This document shows, piece after piece, positions 11,182 to 25,715 of a stretch of 64,000 nt of DNA (the first letter of the stretch is position 1; the number at the start of each line of letters is the position of its first letter). Made by a program: the position numbers and the translations under genes. The stretch is from NCBI RefSeq assembly GCF_964355755.1, contig NC_092675.1, positions 10,535,812-10,599,811 of the forward strand, written 5' to 3'. The notes below the pieces were generated by a model. That model searched no databases. It worked only from the letters and a program-made list of their open reading frames with translations, and had not been told where the DNA came from. The DNA is from Antedon mediterranea. Its lineage: Eukaryota > Animalia > Echinodermata.

Positions 11182-14100
11182 AATCTCTTGTTGTTTTTCC
11201 TGTGTCCTAAACCGGAACCAGAATTTTTTTGTCACGGCGACACTAAACTATTTTTATTATTGTGTTTTAGCATTCTTTAGTTTGCATACATTCCATTGCC
11301 TCCTCTCCAGGACTCAATTGCATTGCAATAGATAATATCATAATACTGTTAACACTATGATAGTATTATACTATATATTCCTATTTCTTACTACTGAATA
11401 TTGATACTATGTTGTATTACTTGAATAGTTTTGCATCACTTATTATTGTATATAACAGAGTTACTTTTTATTTATATATTATTATTATTATTAAACCTAT
11501 GATGGATTATGTTAAAATGAGATTTATCCCGCACCTTCCCTTATTCACTATGGTAGTCTGGTTTATTTAAATACAGTACTATATCGTTATGTTAATAAAC
11601 TGTATTCATGAATTGTTTTATCTGCAGTAGATTGGCTAATAATAATGTATTAAGCTGTATCAATTGTAGTCATGTTTCACACATACGATGTTGTAATAAT
11701 GATGATAACTGGATTTGCTTTGATTGTTTAGGTAATTTACTTCCTTTTAACATGATAATAGATGATGATGAATTTAGACATGACCTTAAATATTTTTGTA
11801 AAGACCAGAAGATCAATTATGATAGACTACAATCATTAATCTTGGATCCCTTTGATATTTCTTTTAATAATTATGTTGATGATAATACACTGCATCCTGA
11901 ACATAATGACAAATGTAACTATGATTTTATTGACACTTTTAATTCTAAAATTACCAATTTAACCCCTTCATTTAGCATTTTTAGCATGAATTCACTCAGT
12001 CTTGCCAATCACTTTAATGACATTACTGATCTATTAAGTGTTTTAAATCATAATTTTTCTGCCTTTTGTTTTACTAAAACTGATTTCATGTTTTATGATA
12101 TTGCAGGAATTACTCTTTTGCATTCCTCAAGAACTAGCGGAGCGGGAGGTGGTGTTGCCATATATTTGAACCAGAGTGTACAGTATACCCTACGCAATGA
12201 CCTTTCTAGTATTATTTCTCCTAATTCTGAATCTTTCTTCATTGAAATTAATTCTGAACCTAAGAATATTATTTTAGGTGTAATTTATCGTTTACCTGAA
12301 TTATCTTTAGTATCTTTCAATCATTCCATTACATTACTTTTAGATACAATAAACAACGAAAACAAAACGACTTACATTGCTGGAGACTTTAATATTGATT
12401 TGCTGAAATGTAACACTCATAAACAATCCTCCGAGTTTTTAAGTAATATGTTTAAATTTAATTTGTATACTTTAGTACACAGACCCACTAGAATAACAAC
12501 CAAAACCGCTATCCTTATCGATAACATTTTTACTAATAATATTCAAGACAAAATTTCACCTGGAATATTGTATTCCGGTATTTCAGATCATTTTCCTGTT
12601 TATTCTATTATTCATTCCTCTGTTCTTTTTCAACCAAATAATATTTTGAAACATATTTTGTCTAAAAAATTAATGACCGTAATATTTCATCTCTTTCTAA
12701 TAATCTTCTTTCCACTGATTGGTCTGATGTTTACAACACCAATAATCCCAATGATGCATACAATTTATTTAACAAATTTCTAAAATATATGATACTCACA
12801 TTAAACACGTTAGATCTAAACGAAATATTCGTAAGGAAAAAATACCATGGATAACTTCAGGCATTATTAAATCTATAGATATAAGAAATAAACTTTACAA
12901 AAAGTATATTAAATCCAAAAAGCAATTAGACAAAGATAAATACATTAAATATAGAAACAAATTAAATAATTTATTAAAAGTTTCTCATAAACAACATTTC
13001 AATGATAAATTTAACTTGTATAGAGATAATATATATAAGACCTGGCAAACCATTAATACTGTTTTATGTCGTAACAAACAAAAATGTCCTCCATGACATT
13101 GCTAACAACTTTAACGATTATTTTGTGAACATCGGACCTAATCTAGCAAAGACTATTAATAAACCCTTAAACCAATTTTCATCTTATCTTAATGCACCTC
13201 TAACTAATTCTTTTTTTCTCTCTCCGACCTCAAAAAATGAAATTATTAACATTGTTAAAGGTCTAAAAAACAACAAGAGTCCAGGCTGTGATGACATCTC
13301 AAATAATGTTGTCAAATCTATTTGTAATCTAATTTCGAAACCACTATCCCACATTTTCAACCTATGCTTTTCACATAGGATATTTCCTGATCTTCTTAAA
13401 ATTGCTAAGGTAGTTCCTATTTTTAAAATGGGTGACCCTCATTTGTTTACTAATTATAGGCCTATTTCTTTATTAACCTGTTTTTCCAAGATTCTTGAGC
13501 GTCTCATCTATAATAAGTTATTTAATTATCTATCTAAACACAATATTCTTTATAATCGTCAGTATGGATTCATAAAATCTTATTCTACTGATTTTGCACT
13601 TATCGATATATATGATCAAATAACCAAAGCTATAAGCACTAATGACTTTACGGCTGGCATCTTTCTTGATTTGAGCAAGGCCTTTGATACTATTGACCAT
13701 GATATTCTTTTAAGCAAACTTGAACGATACGGTATCAGAGGTCTTGCTCTAAATTTATTTAGTAGCTACCTTGCCAATAGGCATCAATTTATTTCATTTA
13801 ACTCTTATAATTCACATTTCTCCCAAATTAAATACGGCGTCCCCTAGGGTCTATACTCGGCCCTCTATTATTTTTAATTTACGTTAATGATCTTCCCAAC
13901 TCTTCTTTTTTGTTAAATTTTGTTTTTTTTGCAGATGGCACCAACATTTTTTATTCAAATAAAAACGTAAATAATCTATTTCAAATTATTAACACTGAAT
14001 TAATCAAGGTTACTAATTGGTTCAAATCAAATAAACTGTCTCTTAATATTTCTAAAACTAACTTTATTCTTTTCAATTATAAAATTAAAAATACTGATTC

Positions 14101-15242
14101 TTTTGTTATTAAAATTGATAACAACATTATCAATCAAGTAAATAATACTAAATTTCTAGGAGTTAGGATAGACTCTAAATTGACATGGCAACCTCACCGT
14201 AACAAAATTAATGTCTAATATTATTTCTAGAAACATTGGCGTTATGAACAAATTAAAATTATATTTTCCCCAACACATTCTTTTATCGGTATATAACACT
14301 TTAGTCTTACCTTATATTAATTATTGTAATATCGCATGGGCTGCTAAAATTGACAAATTTGTATACTTGTGTCCCTGGACAGGTCCTGAAACAACACATA
14401 TTGATAATATATTTAAACTTCAAAAACGTGCTTTTAGGATCTGTGCAGGATCAACCCGTATAGCCCACACCAAACCATTATTTTATAAATTTAATGTTCT
14501 TAACGTCTTTGACATAAATAAATTACAAACTTTTACTTTTATGTACCGTTTTAAGAATAACATATTACCTGCACATATTTCCTCACTATTTCCTAAGCAA
14601 CCATCTGAGATTCATGATCACAGAACTATATTTGCAATAAGTAATGTTTCATCTGAAAAATATTTATCTTTTCTTAGGAAAAAATCTTTTTTTTAGTGGC
14701 TCTAATTTATGGAATTCCTTAGATTCATCACTTAAATCTCTCCAAATGTTAACATTTTTTAATCAAATCTTAAAAACTCTCTGGTTTCAATGTATGGCAG
14801 GTAAGTCTCCCGTTCTTCTTCTTCTTCTCCTACTTATTCTTCGCTTTCGTATTATTCTCTACTTCTTTTTTTTTTCTAATTAAATCATGTACAGCCAATT
14901 ACCTGGATGATAATTTATTATCTACCTGCAACTTATTTATATCTATATTGCATAAACCAGACTACATTTGCTTTGCATTTCTCTATTTTTCTTATTTGGT
15001 GCTTATTATTATTATCATTTGTATCACATATTGTTCTTTGTGACTCTGATTTTTTTTAAATGGTGACCATGCCTTAAAGTTTGTTTTCAAACTTATTTTG
15101 GTCTCCATCCACACACACTATACTTGACTTGGTTTATATAAGACATTTAACTAGTTTGTCTGTTTTTTCTTGTACCTAAATGATGTTTATTACCAATACT
15201 ATGTTATATAGTTTGTGTGTGGAAAATAAATAATAAACAAAA
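11182..15242 (+). mobile_element. CR1-group (Crack/Daphne-like) LINE with Cys-rich N-terminus, EN and RT; disrupted
   Basis: ORF pieces 11608-12783, 13002-13847, 13910-14696: CxxC..CxxC..HxxC..WxCxxC (PHD-like), GGGVAIY, AGDFNIDLL, ISDHFP, NYRPISLL, LDLSKAFDTIDH, GVP*GS, FADGT, KFLGV; 3' tail GGAAAATAAATAATAAACAAAA. Confidence 0.85.
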
Positions 15243-15390
15243 CCTTCGTCCTCGATTTTCCAACGTAACAATCGGCGAAACTAACTCGGAGATAGTCAAT
15301 TTGTCCATCTCTGTACCCCAGGGTAGTATATGCGGTCCAGTTCTATACACCATATATGCCAGCACTTTACAAAATCACATCAGTAAGTTT
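15243..15390 (+). pseudogene. Continuation of the CR1/L2 host RT that was interrupted at 8452
   Basis: LRPRFSNVTIGETNSEIVNLSISVPQGSICGPVLYTIY joins in register to ALNWFDTY at 8452. Confidence 0.8.
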
Positions 15391-18300
15391 GATATTTTTG
15401 AATACATTCCCACTTGCCTGAGTCTGGACTAAGGTTAAAATTATAAATTATATTTAAGGGGGAAAAAACAAAATAATGAAAAAGGTAGAGAAAGGGTTTA
15501 GAAATAATTATCGATGAAACATTGAATGAATAAAGGTGGTGGTGAACCACAAATGTGGCAAAAATTTATTGTAGATCTTACTAATAAATCACCTAGGTGT
15601 CACTGTAGAATGGGCATATGTTTCTCAACAGATAAATATATAATATGTTATAAAGATAACATACCTTATCTGGAGGCAGGAAAGCAAGACCATTCCACAA
15701 AAGTGCTGGATTTGCCAGTCTTCCATATACATTGAAGCAAGGCCAAATAGTCTACATGGATTAACAATGGCAGTAAGAAATTGCTTGTAATGTTCCTGCA
15801 ATTTGATGTAAAAACGCATAACAGTTGTTATCGAATTTTCTGCTACGTGAAGAACACTCTCAAATAATCTTGCGTTTATTATAAGGATAACCATCATAGC
15901 TTAATTGATTGCGACTTCCATTATTATATTTAATGAACTCAATTTTTAAATGATTTGTATTTTGAAAATGTGGCTTATTTTATATAACATAACATGACAA
16001 TGAGCATAGTAAAAACTTACATAAAACGTATGAATCTTAACTAAGTAGGAAGTGTTTGATGTTTTGGCAGTGGCAATTGGAAGAGGTAACATAAAAAGTG
16101 TAGGCATCCCTTTGATATTGTTTTCAACAATTGATTTTCCAGCACTCCTACTTTACAATGGTATAGTCCATTGTTGGGTGGCTTTTTCAGGGGTGGCTTT
16201 CTTCCGATTTCTAATGATGGCAACCTAAGGTGATATGTTGTGCTCTATTGTAGAATTTGGCTATCACTGTACGTCAGTGTCTGACAGCGAGGAATATCTT
16301 TTCTTTCTTTCTTATTCGATATAATTTCTTTTCCGGAGATGTCAGGTAAGTTCTGCGATTCTGAAAATCTGAAGAACAGATACGTCTGATACGTAATGCC
16401 TGACTGTACGGTATCATATGTTCATTTTAACAAGGAAAATGTCAAGAAACTAAAGTTTTTAAGTTTCCGCATAGGATATTGGTTTTTTTACCAATTTAAT
16501 AATTTAAATATTTTTCTGGACACAATGTTCCCGGATATCACTTCAGGCAACGCAAGGGTGGAACAATACATTACATTCAGTTATGTAAAGAAAAACTTCG
16601 GAATTCATGACAATTCCCTGTAGCTCTTGTCTGACACGTCACACGAAGCTACAAACTAGAAGGGAGGAAAGATGTCCTATCACTGCCGGTTATTCATTTA
16701 CACATCGCTGGCGGTAGCACTAATGACAAGGAAGCAACAAAAAATAGTCCGTACTGTATTCCGCGGAATTTTCAAACGTTTCTAATTCAGTACGAATACT
16801 CTACATTCAATTACAGCCTAATTTATCCAACTCTGTTATTGCTTCTCGCATACCACTTACTCATCTTCCCACAATGCTGTGTAAAAATTCTAGTACTGTA
16901 ACACAGTCAACCTAACGCCTTAACATTTTTTTTCATATGATCAAAAAATAATAAATATGCCAATTCTGATTTCTGTGTATTATGAAACCCTAATTATGTC
17001 TCTTTTCAACAAACATACACATGAGAGGCAGCATTGTCTGGCAAATTGCCAACATCGCTGCCTCTCATTCCTAGTTTTTACTGATTAAAATAAACCTCGC
17101 CAGGCATAAACGTGTCATGGTCTTCTAACAAATCCCCAATCTCAGAAACCTCACAGATATTTTCACTATCCAAGAGCACCACGACACAACGTGTTTGCAA
17201 TAATCACATTATACACTCATTTATTTGAATAGCATTTCCAACATATCCATACATTAGTCACATTTTTTTTATTCATGGTGTACTATGACCACCAACCGAA
17301 ATGACAAATTGGTGTAACACACCGTATTTACACGGCCGCCTATTATATAATTCTAGTGCGGAATATCTTTGAACATAAGGCACATTTTTTTTAAATATGT
17401 AACAACAATACGGTAATTATGATTATATGGCAATTGCTCAATCATTTCTGAAAAATAAGCAGAATCGACCAAAATCATCACATCGATATTTGATTAAATG
17501 TTTACTATTTGGCTTTAATTTTACAGGTCGGAAGCCGTGGATTGTTAACAACAGAAAACATAAATCACTTTCAGGATGTGTTTTGTGTAAATAAAATGAA
17601 ACGAATAAATACAAAAAAAGTGAAATGGCTTTGGTATGCATTATACCATATGGAATGCCCGCTTTAAACCGACGTGGGAAAACTGTTCCCCTATAATATA
17701 AATGTAACTGTAAATTTTATATTACAACATGCAACACAGGGAAGAGTGAATTCGTCCCTGAACAAACTGAGTTTTATGGGTTTTTTATGTGTATTTATAC
17801 CTTCTTCATTTTAACTATAATGTACTTTTTGTTTTTTCCCTGCATAGCGTGGTCGTCCAAGCTGTGACCTGGGATGTACAGTCATGTAGGCTATATTTGT
17901 GAATAACGAATTACCGGTATTTAATAGTTTAAAATCTCCAACAAATATGGTATTTGCCTAATACGCAAGAAAATGGACTTCTATGGGTAAATTAAGACAT
18001 TGCAGACAATCAGAATAAGACAAATTGCAAAAGGAATACCACACGATGTGAGTTAATTTGTACAATAGGTGTAATTATCAAATGGCATTGTGAATACGAT
18101 GTAATTAGCGTGTTAGTTGTTTAGATCAAAAAACTAAAATGAACATAATGTCTTAATAATGGATGGTTAATGAAGTATTGACGTTCATTCTCGTGTCAGT
18201 TCTAATCAACCTTTCTTTTCATAATTGATAATTAGTGTTACGCATTCACATTAATTAAGAGTTTTGTGTATCAAATATTGGAAACATATTTACCAAAGGA

Positions 18301-21129
18301 CAGTTAGAGCTCGTTCTTTTATATTGCAGCAGTAGACTAAGTATAGTATACAGAAGCTTTAGGCTGCTGTATTTTCAAACAAATTTCCTAGAAAGAAGAC
18401 ATAGTTAGGCCTATTTAACTTTACTGTTTACTTGAAAATCAATTGTGAAAATATATTAATTACTGTATTAAGTATTTTTTCGATAAGCGAATTCGTTGAT
18501 GTTATTCAATACGGTAGTTATTCCATTTATTAGACCTACATTTATCACAAGGTTTTCGTCTGTCTTTTATTACTAGTATCGAGATGAAATTAATTTAATA
18601 TTTGTATCATCCCGTTAACAGTAAAACTTTACACAATAAAGTCGAACAAACTCTTTGCTATCTAACTAAAAACATTTGACTAATAAGTTGATAGGCCTAT
18701 TATCTATTTTTGTATTTATGAGAAAATGTACAGTAATTATTCTATTGTTCATTTTCCATTATTATTGAAGATTAGTAGGCCTAGTAATAATAATACCATC
18801 AGTATATACATTCTTTTATATGGTATTTTTATATTCTTATATAGGCCTATACAGTTTGTAGGCATTTTATTTTGTTTATTTATTTTTCGGTTTTGAAGAT
18901 ATAATAAAACGTGAAAATCCCATGCGAAGATAACGTAAATATTGATTTCGGATTGCGTACCTCCAAAATTGAATAGACTAAAGTTTATATGGTAAGTCCG
19001 GCAGCCAAGGGATTTGACCTTGCAATGTTTTCTATAGTTGTTTTTTTGATTGATTTTGATTCTGATACCTTCAGAATGAAGAATTTTTTACTGGACCATA
19101 TCCATATTATAATAATAACACAATACATATTTGTCGCAGGGAGCCAATTTTTGTGTCAAATTGTCCACAGTATAATATGTTATTTGCTATAATGCAACAT
19201 TTTATCAAAAAGTTACTGAAACACCCATTTTTTTCTGTAATGTTAACTTTTGACCTGTAATTTAAAGAGGTGCGGAAGGGGAATACTATTACTACTACTA
19301 CCGTATACAGTACAATGTCTTTCAGAAAATTGGGATAAGCAATAGTGAAGCAGAATGGTCAGAAGTTATTGGATTACATAATACAGTGTTAATATGTCTC
19401 AACCAAATTTGGGCGGCAGACCAACTTTAGATTTATTGAGTACTTTTCCCACATGGACCAAAATGCAAGGGACCCACAGTTCGATCGATATATATATCCG
19501 ATGCAAGGCCCATTTGTAGGCCAAGAGTACCCAAAAGGTTTATTTGGGCAAATCGATATAAGTTCCTTATGAATCGTAGCTTTTTGCCATATTGGTGAAT
19601 CCATACAGGACAAACAGTTTCATCCAGGTATCCATGTATCTCCAATAAACGGCTTGTATGGCTCATAGAGAATCCAGAAGTTACCCTTGGTTCATTAAGT
19701 GTTTCTTAAGGATCGAATGTGCACAGACAGGCTTTTCCCATGGTTTAATCTTAGAACCTACCGTTTTAGTTACCCGATATATTTCTAATACATGTAGCCA
19801 AATGTAGAACTGAACATACATTAGAGAACCACAGAAGGATCTAAATAGATGACCTGCTGTTGTTTCATTTTAGGCAAAATCCTTAAGGATCGAGACTGCA
19901 CATGCAGATTTATTCCATAGGGCTGTCTATATGAACACACAGTGTAACCACTTATATTTCCATTATCGGGCTTAATGTCCATCCATTGAGGAGGACCGGC
20001 CCTTGGGTTAATTTGGGCAAATCCATAAATGTTCTTTAAAGATTGAGGGTGCACATTTAGTTTTATTCTATAGTTCATCTATAAACTGTTTAACACATAT
20101 TAATTTATAATACAGTGCTTTATGTAGCACACCACATAGATATCTCAAAAGGGTCCCTAGAGGGTTCATTCGGGCAAATCCATATGGGTTAGTTTAGAAT
20201 CCTGTGTGTACAGGCAACTTTTTCCTGTATAGGCCAACCTATTGGGACCAAATGTTATACCCATTTCCATTACAAAGAACAGAAAAGTTAAGGATCCCAT
20301 ATGGCATGTGAGATTATTCGGAAAAACTTGATGGGTTCCTTCATTATGGAGGAGGCACCCTTTCCTGTAAATAATTATTTTCGATGTGGGCTCTTCATAC
20401 AGTACCAAAGTGTTACAATCAAACCGAATATAAATGTATATCTTGGGAACAATTTGCTCTTAGTCTTTAGTTTTAATTCTCTCCGACCTGCCGTTACATA
20501 GATATAGTGAAAAGAGGTCAAAGGTCAACATTGCAAAAAAAATTGAGTTTCCGTTCAATTTTCCACCAAAAAAAATCTAATATAAACAAATACATTATGA
20601 ACAATTTTACACCAAAATTATCTCACTACGTCCAGTATATTTCCAGAGATGGTACCATGTTTTTATGAAAATAGCGGCCATTTTGTGCGGTTTCCGTTTT
20701 TGGTCGCGGAAAATGGTCACCCCACTGAAAAAGCCGCAGATATCAAATAAAAATTTCGAAAGTTACGTTTTTTAGTTGTCTTTGGAAGAAGATTATTTAT
20801 CAATTTTTATTTTTCTATACTAATTTTTAAATAATACGTCCAACAATCACTGCTACACTCCCTGCAGCGTATCTCAAAATGAAACAAAAAAAAACAGCAC
20901 AGACGTAGCTAATTATGCAAATTGGTCAATGCTGACAGCCGTTCAGTAAAAAAATATCTTCATTCCGATGGTATCGCGAATCAAAATCCATAAAACTATA
21001 GAAAACATTGCAAGGTTATGGAAAAATAGGCATTTGGCTGTTGAGGTAGTCTAATAACAGACAAACAAACAAACACACTTTGGCAGAGGTAATCAGACAA
21101 AAAAATGTCTATTGTGACATCATCTACAA

Positions 21130-21342
21130 CTTCGACCAATGACGAGCACTTATCCACAGCGAAATAGCATAATTATATGACGTCAAAAACAAAATAACTT
21201 GGATTGGTTAAGATATTGAAACATCGATTACACGTTCAATAGCTGCTACTAATTTCTGAACTATAAATGTTTTTCTGAGGCCTATAGTAATCATAAATTC
21301 AAGAAGAAATCCAGAGGGGTAAACTTGATCATTAAGGTAAGT
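21130..21342 (+). promoter_or_regulatory. Putative promoter and non-coding first exon of the glass-like gene
   Basis: CCAAT (~21136), full CRE TGACGTCA (~21178), reverse CCAAT (~21204), strong donor AAG|GTAAGT at 21336/21337; acceptor TTTAG at ~21849 just upstream of ATG 21858. Confidence 0.4.
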
Positions 21343-21857
21343 GAAACAAAAATAAGAGCAATGTGCACTTTCTTTATAACATGTATCATCCTTAGATAAG
21401 ATAGATATTAATCTGTTTTATTTATGATGAACTTTTAAAAAAGTTATTTAAAAAGCAAAATTTACTTTTATTATATCAACGAAAATTGATAAAACATATT
21501 TCTTTTTTGGTTATCTGCAACCAACCGCGTGTCTTATCATCCTATCTCCTTCTGCCTATTTTGTGCAGAATGTTTCTCTGAAAATTAAACATTTTGTAAC
21601 TTTAAAAGAATTTAGATCTTTATATGAGTAAAAATATAATTGCAATTTAAAAAATAAATATCGTATCGAATAAAAGTGTGAATTTTCAATATCCGTGTAT
21701 CAAAGTAAAGACACGTATTTTTTGGAAGAATAGTAAATACTATACGCCTACACTAAGTGAAAACTTTGGTTTGTAGGCCTACTGAATAGTAATCAAATAT
21801 TGATATTGATATTTTATTATTATTATTTTTTTGTTCCTTTTACTTTAGAACCACAAA

Positions 21858-22087
21858 ATGCAAGAACACGTTAACGCAAATTCGCTCACTTTTGAACAAA
21901 GCGTAACTCCAGTTTACACTGAACTTCGAAATGTTCACCATATGCCATTTCAAACGACTTCAGGAGTTGATAGACATGTCCACAAGTATTTAACCACATA
22001 CGATTCCTTTCTGGGCAAAAATGATATCTACGTTGGGGATATGGCAAATTATGGAAATAATCAGGAACAGAAACCAAATGTGTACAA
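21858..22087 (+). CDS. gl: Glass-like C2H2 zinc-finger transcription factor, coding exon 1
   Basis: ATG after an acceptor; donor GTACGT at 22088, phase 2 matches the next exon. Confidence 0.65.
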
Positions 22088-22130
22088 GTACGTAGTTTAG
22101 ATCTTTGTTAATTTTCGTGAATTAAGTGTA

Positions 22131-23355
22131 CTAGATGGCACGCTCGCTTCGCTCGCGTACCATCTAGGTCGTGCCCACATATGGTTCTCGAATACATAGT
22201 AATTTCAGCGTAAAAAAACTGGCGATTTCAAAATGTAGGCCTACGTACCGCATGACTATAAAACATTTATTTATGTATTTATGTAGTCAACCAAAATTAG
22301 CACCGTGCGAATTACTTCCAAAAGAGAAACTTCTCACAAAATGAGTCCAAATGTTTCATTTGGACTCATTTAAACAAACCCAATTTGTATTTTGTATCTA
22401 ACATTATTGAGGGTTGGGTTTTTTTTTAATAGGCCTATAAATAACATAACACTAAATAGAGTAAAACATTTCCGATTTAATAACTGTTAAAATTGTCACT
22501 GTCATAGTCGATTGAAATAGTAAAGTACATGTAACGATACACCACCACGACGTTTATATTTTTTTGTAATTATTAATCAATACAAACGTTGAGAAGCAAC
22601 TGTCAGTAATAAAGTATTATATTATTATGTGTTTATAATCTAAAAGTAGGGGCTACCCACACTCACAGTAATAAAGTTTATTAGTATATTTGTTTATATT
22701 ATAATAGGCAGTAGGCCTACCAACGCACACAATAAGAAATTTGCGATTCAAATGGCTATCAAAAGTGGTTAATACCTATTTACAGTATTGTATAGGTTTA
22801 CAATACTATTTATGTTTATTCTCAAAGGGCCCATAAATTGACCTACTTGTGTTAAATCATGGAGGTATGCAAGCATGGTTAAACCAAATAATTTGGAATG
22901 TTCCATTCATCGCAAATCAATACATTTGTCTAAACGTATATTAAATCTATCAAAATAGTATTTTTTAAAGAAAATCGGCCTGTCTTCAACATTATGATAC
23001 TCTACTCGAGCTGTTCAACCGGTTTTCAGCTATTAAAAACAATTATCGTAGGAGGAGATAGGAAAATGCGAAGTATCCTCGTATTATTGTGTACAGGTAT
23101 TTTTCATGAGGACATCCATTAGACAGTGTATACCACGATCGGAAAACACCCCTATTTGGGGCAAATGGTTGAACCTAAATTCGTTTTAATTGTCAATAAC
23201 TAATTATCTAACTAAATTTAATTAGTAAACAGGGTTACATCAGGTGGTTAAAATCAGTACCGAGATTATGACCAACTTTACATACCATCGAGTACACATT
23301 CTAGAAATAACGCGCGATTTACAGAATTTTGCCCTTACGTAAATTTATATATAGA
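22131..23355 (-). mobile_element. Non-autonomous Helitron H1, complete copy in a glass intron
   Basis: Reverse complement of 4986-6288 with TC...hairpin-CTAG termini, A|T insertion site. Confidence 0.9.
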
Positions 23356-23662
23356 TGCAGAATTAATGTATGTGAACTACTTTTACGAGGCGAAGTGACA
23401 ATATAAATTTCATCTCTAACCGAATGAATAGATGAGTGTGTGCGAGAAGAGAAAGGTTGGCATTTATCAATACTTGAATTTTGTTTAAGCTAAAATGAAA
23501 GCTAATAATTAAAGCTTAATTATCAAACCCCGTCTTAGCTATGTCTTGGTTTAAAAATTGTGTTAGGTAAATACTAATTGGCCATAAATCTTACTCGTGC
23601 ACATGATCTTGTTTGCTTTAACTATTGTGGCGCTATAACATAATAACAATTTTGTCTTTTAG

Positions 23663-23930
23663 TAGTAGAGGTAGACATATACACTACCAATCACCAGAGT
23701 ATACGGTCAATGAAGATGGAGTGGATAATGAAACATGTTGCACTAACACATTGCCCGATATTGGCAGCTTTTTTGGCTCTCAGAAGTGTCATCATACGGA
23801 AATGCATACTGCTGATAATAAAGCGATAACAACATACGCCTCGAACATACCTTTGCTTCCAGTAAGAACAACACATGTTAATGTTGATGAATATTTAAGA
23901 AAAGTACAAATACCACTTTTAAAACAACAT
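23663..23930 (+). CDS. gl: Glass-like gene, coding exon 2
   Basis: Acceptor TTTTAG (tandem AG-TAG-TAG), donor GTGAGT at 23931; phases 2/0 consistent. Confidence 0.65.
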
Positions 23931-24301
23931 GTGAGTATTACTTTTCAGAAAGTATTGATATACTAAATTATTCATTGGCCTATAACATTACTAGTGAATA
24001 CTGAAAATGTACCTTAAGATACTATTTATTCTTTCTAAGAAATCTCGATAAATACCCTAATCTACTGTTATTTATTTAGTTTACTTAAAGTATAGAATAT
24101 TTAAGTTCGGAAACTTTATCTTAATTGGACAGTTCAAGTTTGTAAATTTGGTTATGATTAGGCCTAATTGATTGGTTGCCTACAGATTAGTGATGTACAA
24201 TTTTCACTTGTCGTTTGTGAAGTTTTGGTTGGTATTCAGTATTTAACAGTAGAGCAAAAGTATGATTTGTAACTAATAACTAGTATAATATTTGATTTCA
24301 G

Positions 24302-24546
24302 TTTATTGATGAACCAGAAGCAATGTTGTCAGATATACACCGCAAAGAGGATATAGTCAGGAACTCGATTACTCATACCATCTCTTTAAATGATAAACAT
24401 ATTGATGTTTTTTCAAAAAGATACTCACAGTCTCCATACCCTGAGTTTGGAGATCATGCTATGATGACGTGTATTCGGCAAACAGAACCTGATAATCACC
24501 GATATAATGTTCCCGCGTTCTACAAGCCAGTGCTTGAAGTGTGCAG
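24302..24546 (+). CDS. gl: Glass-like gene, coding exon 3
   Basis: Acceptor TTTCAG, donor AG|GTAACC; phases 0/2 consistent. Confidence 0.7.
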
Positions 24547-25179
24547 GTAACCTCATACTATTACCATAAGTCACAGTACCTTTATTACCCAGTCAGCTTT
24601 TGCTGATTGGGTTCTCTTTCACAATCGGAGACCGCGTGACAGTCAGGAAAAACCTCTTTTCCTCCTCCCATCGATTGACTCGCGACCTTCGCCATCGTGT
24701 GCCCACCTTCTCATTTGTAGCTTGTTCGTGAGTTTGGTATGGGAGATCAGGAAGTGGGATAAATTAATCGTTTTGTATGCTTTTCGGCTTCCAAGAAGAG
24801 TGTGCTGTTCTGTAATTCCAGATGACGTCAGTCATGAATGTAGTCATTGTTCGCAATTCTGACTTTTCATTCGGCCTAATGACACGGTAGCGAGTGGAGT
24901 GGGCTTTATAAAGACGCCCTGTATATAGTAGACACGGTCGGTAGTAGTCAGTAATTCGTGCCAAAAGGTAGTTTGCTGTATGGAATGTGTATTAGCAGTA
25001 GGCCTACAACTATCTGGAGTTTTGGAAGTCTGACTGTTTGGTTTGTAAAACATAGCGAGGTGTTTTACTCAGCGCGACAGAGATGTGGCATTCACACCCT
25101 ATCTGAAACGAATTTTTGAGAATATTTTCTGTACCCCAAGTATGCGTTTGAATTCGTTGCGAACTGTCTGTGTTCGTAA

Positions 25180-25300
25180 AGCATGGTTTCTACTAGGACG
25201 CAAACGCAATGCAATCAAGTGATTTGACACAGGCGATGGATTATCCGAACTGTCGTCATTGGTCAATTCGCTTGCGTCTTTGCCTTATGGTGAATCACAT
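25180..25300. mobile_element. Degenerate palindromic Harbinger-like MITE
   Basis: AGCATGGTTTCTACTAGGACGCAAACGCAA ... TTGCGTCTTTGCCTTATGGTGAATCAC imperfect inverted repeat. Confidence 0.4.
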
Positions 25301-25570
25301 TAGAAATGCGATAACATTAGAGTTAGCTCTCTAGCCCATCAATAATATATACCGTACCTCAAAACATAATAAAGATTCTGTCCAGATTGGCAGTGATATT
25401 AATTTATTTTATTTGTTTTGTTTATATATTTTTAGAAAAAAAACAATTACAATAACAATTATTTATCATAACTAAAGGTGTAATATAATATTTCCCTTAC
25501 TCCTGCTTAGATGATTAACATAGAAATCTCATCCTCAGAAATTATACAGTATACCTATGTTATATTTTAG

Positions 25571-25715
25571 ATCCAGGTCTGTGAATGTAAAGGATTTTCA
25601 CTGTCCATATTGTCCAAAGACGTTTAGTCAGACGGCGAATTTAACGGCACACAAACGAATTCATTCTGGCGAGAAACCTTTTCAGTGCACCATCTGTAAC
25701 AAAAAATTCACGCAG
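25571..25715 (+). CDS. gl: Glass-like gene, coding exon 4 (finger 1 and first half of finger 2)
   Basis: [40 protein letters not shown]; acceptor TTTTAG, donor CAG|GTAATA. Confidence 0.9.

Noticed and set aside
16396-16623. ORF MPDCTVSYVHF... as a gene or ORF1 relic
   Set aside because: No convincing motif or splice structure could be supported.
24764-25053. Minus-strand ORFs in a glass intron (ITDYY resembles a transposase C-terminal motif); also examined for the missing Glass finger
   Set aside because: Too short and degenerate to assign; no C2H2 pattern on the plus strand.
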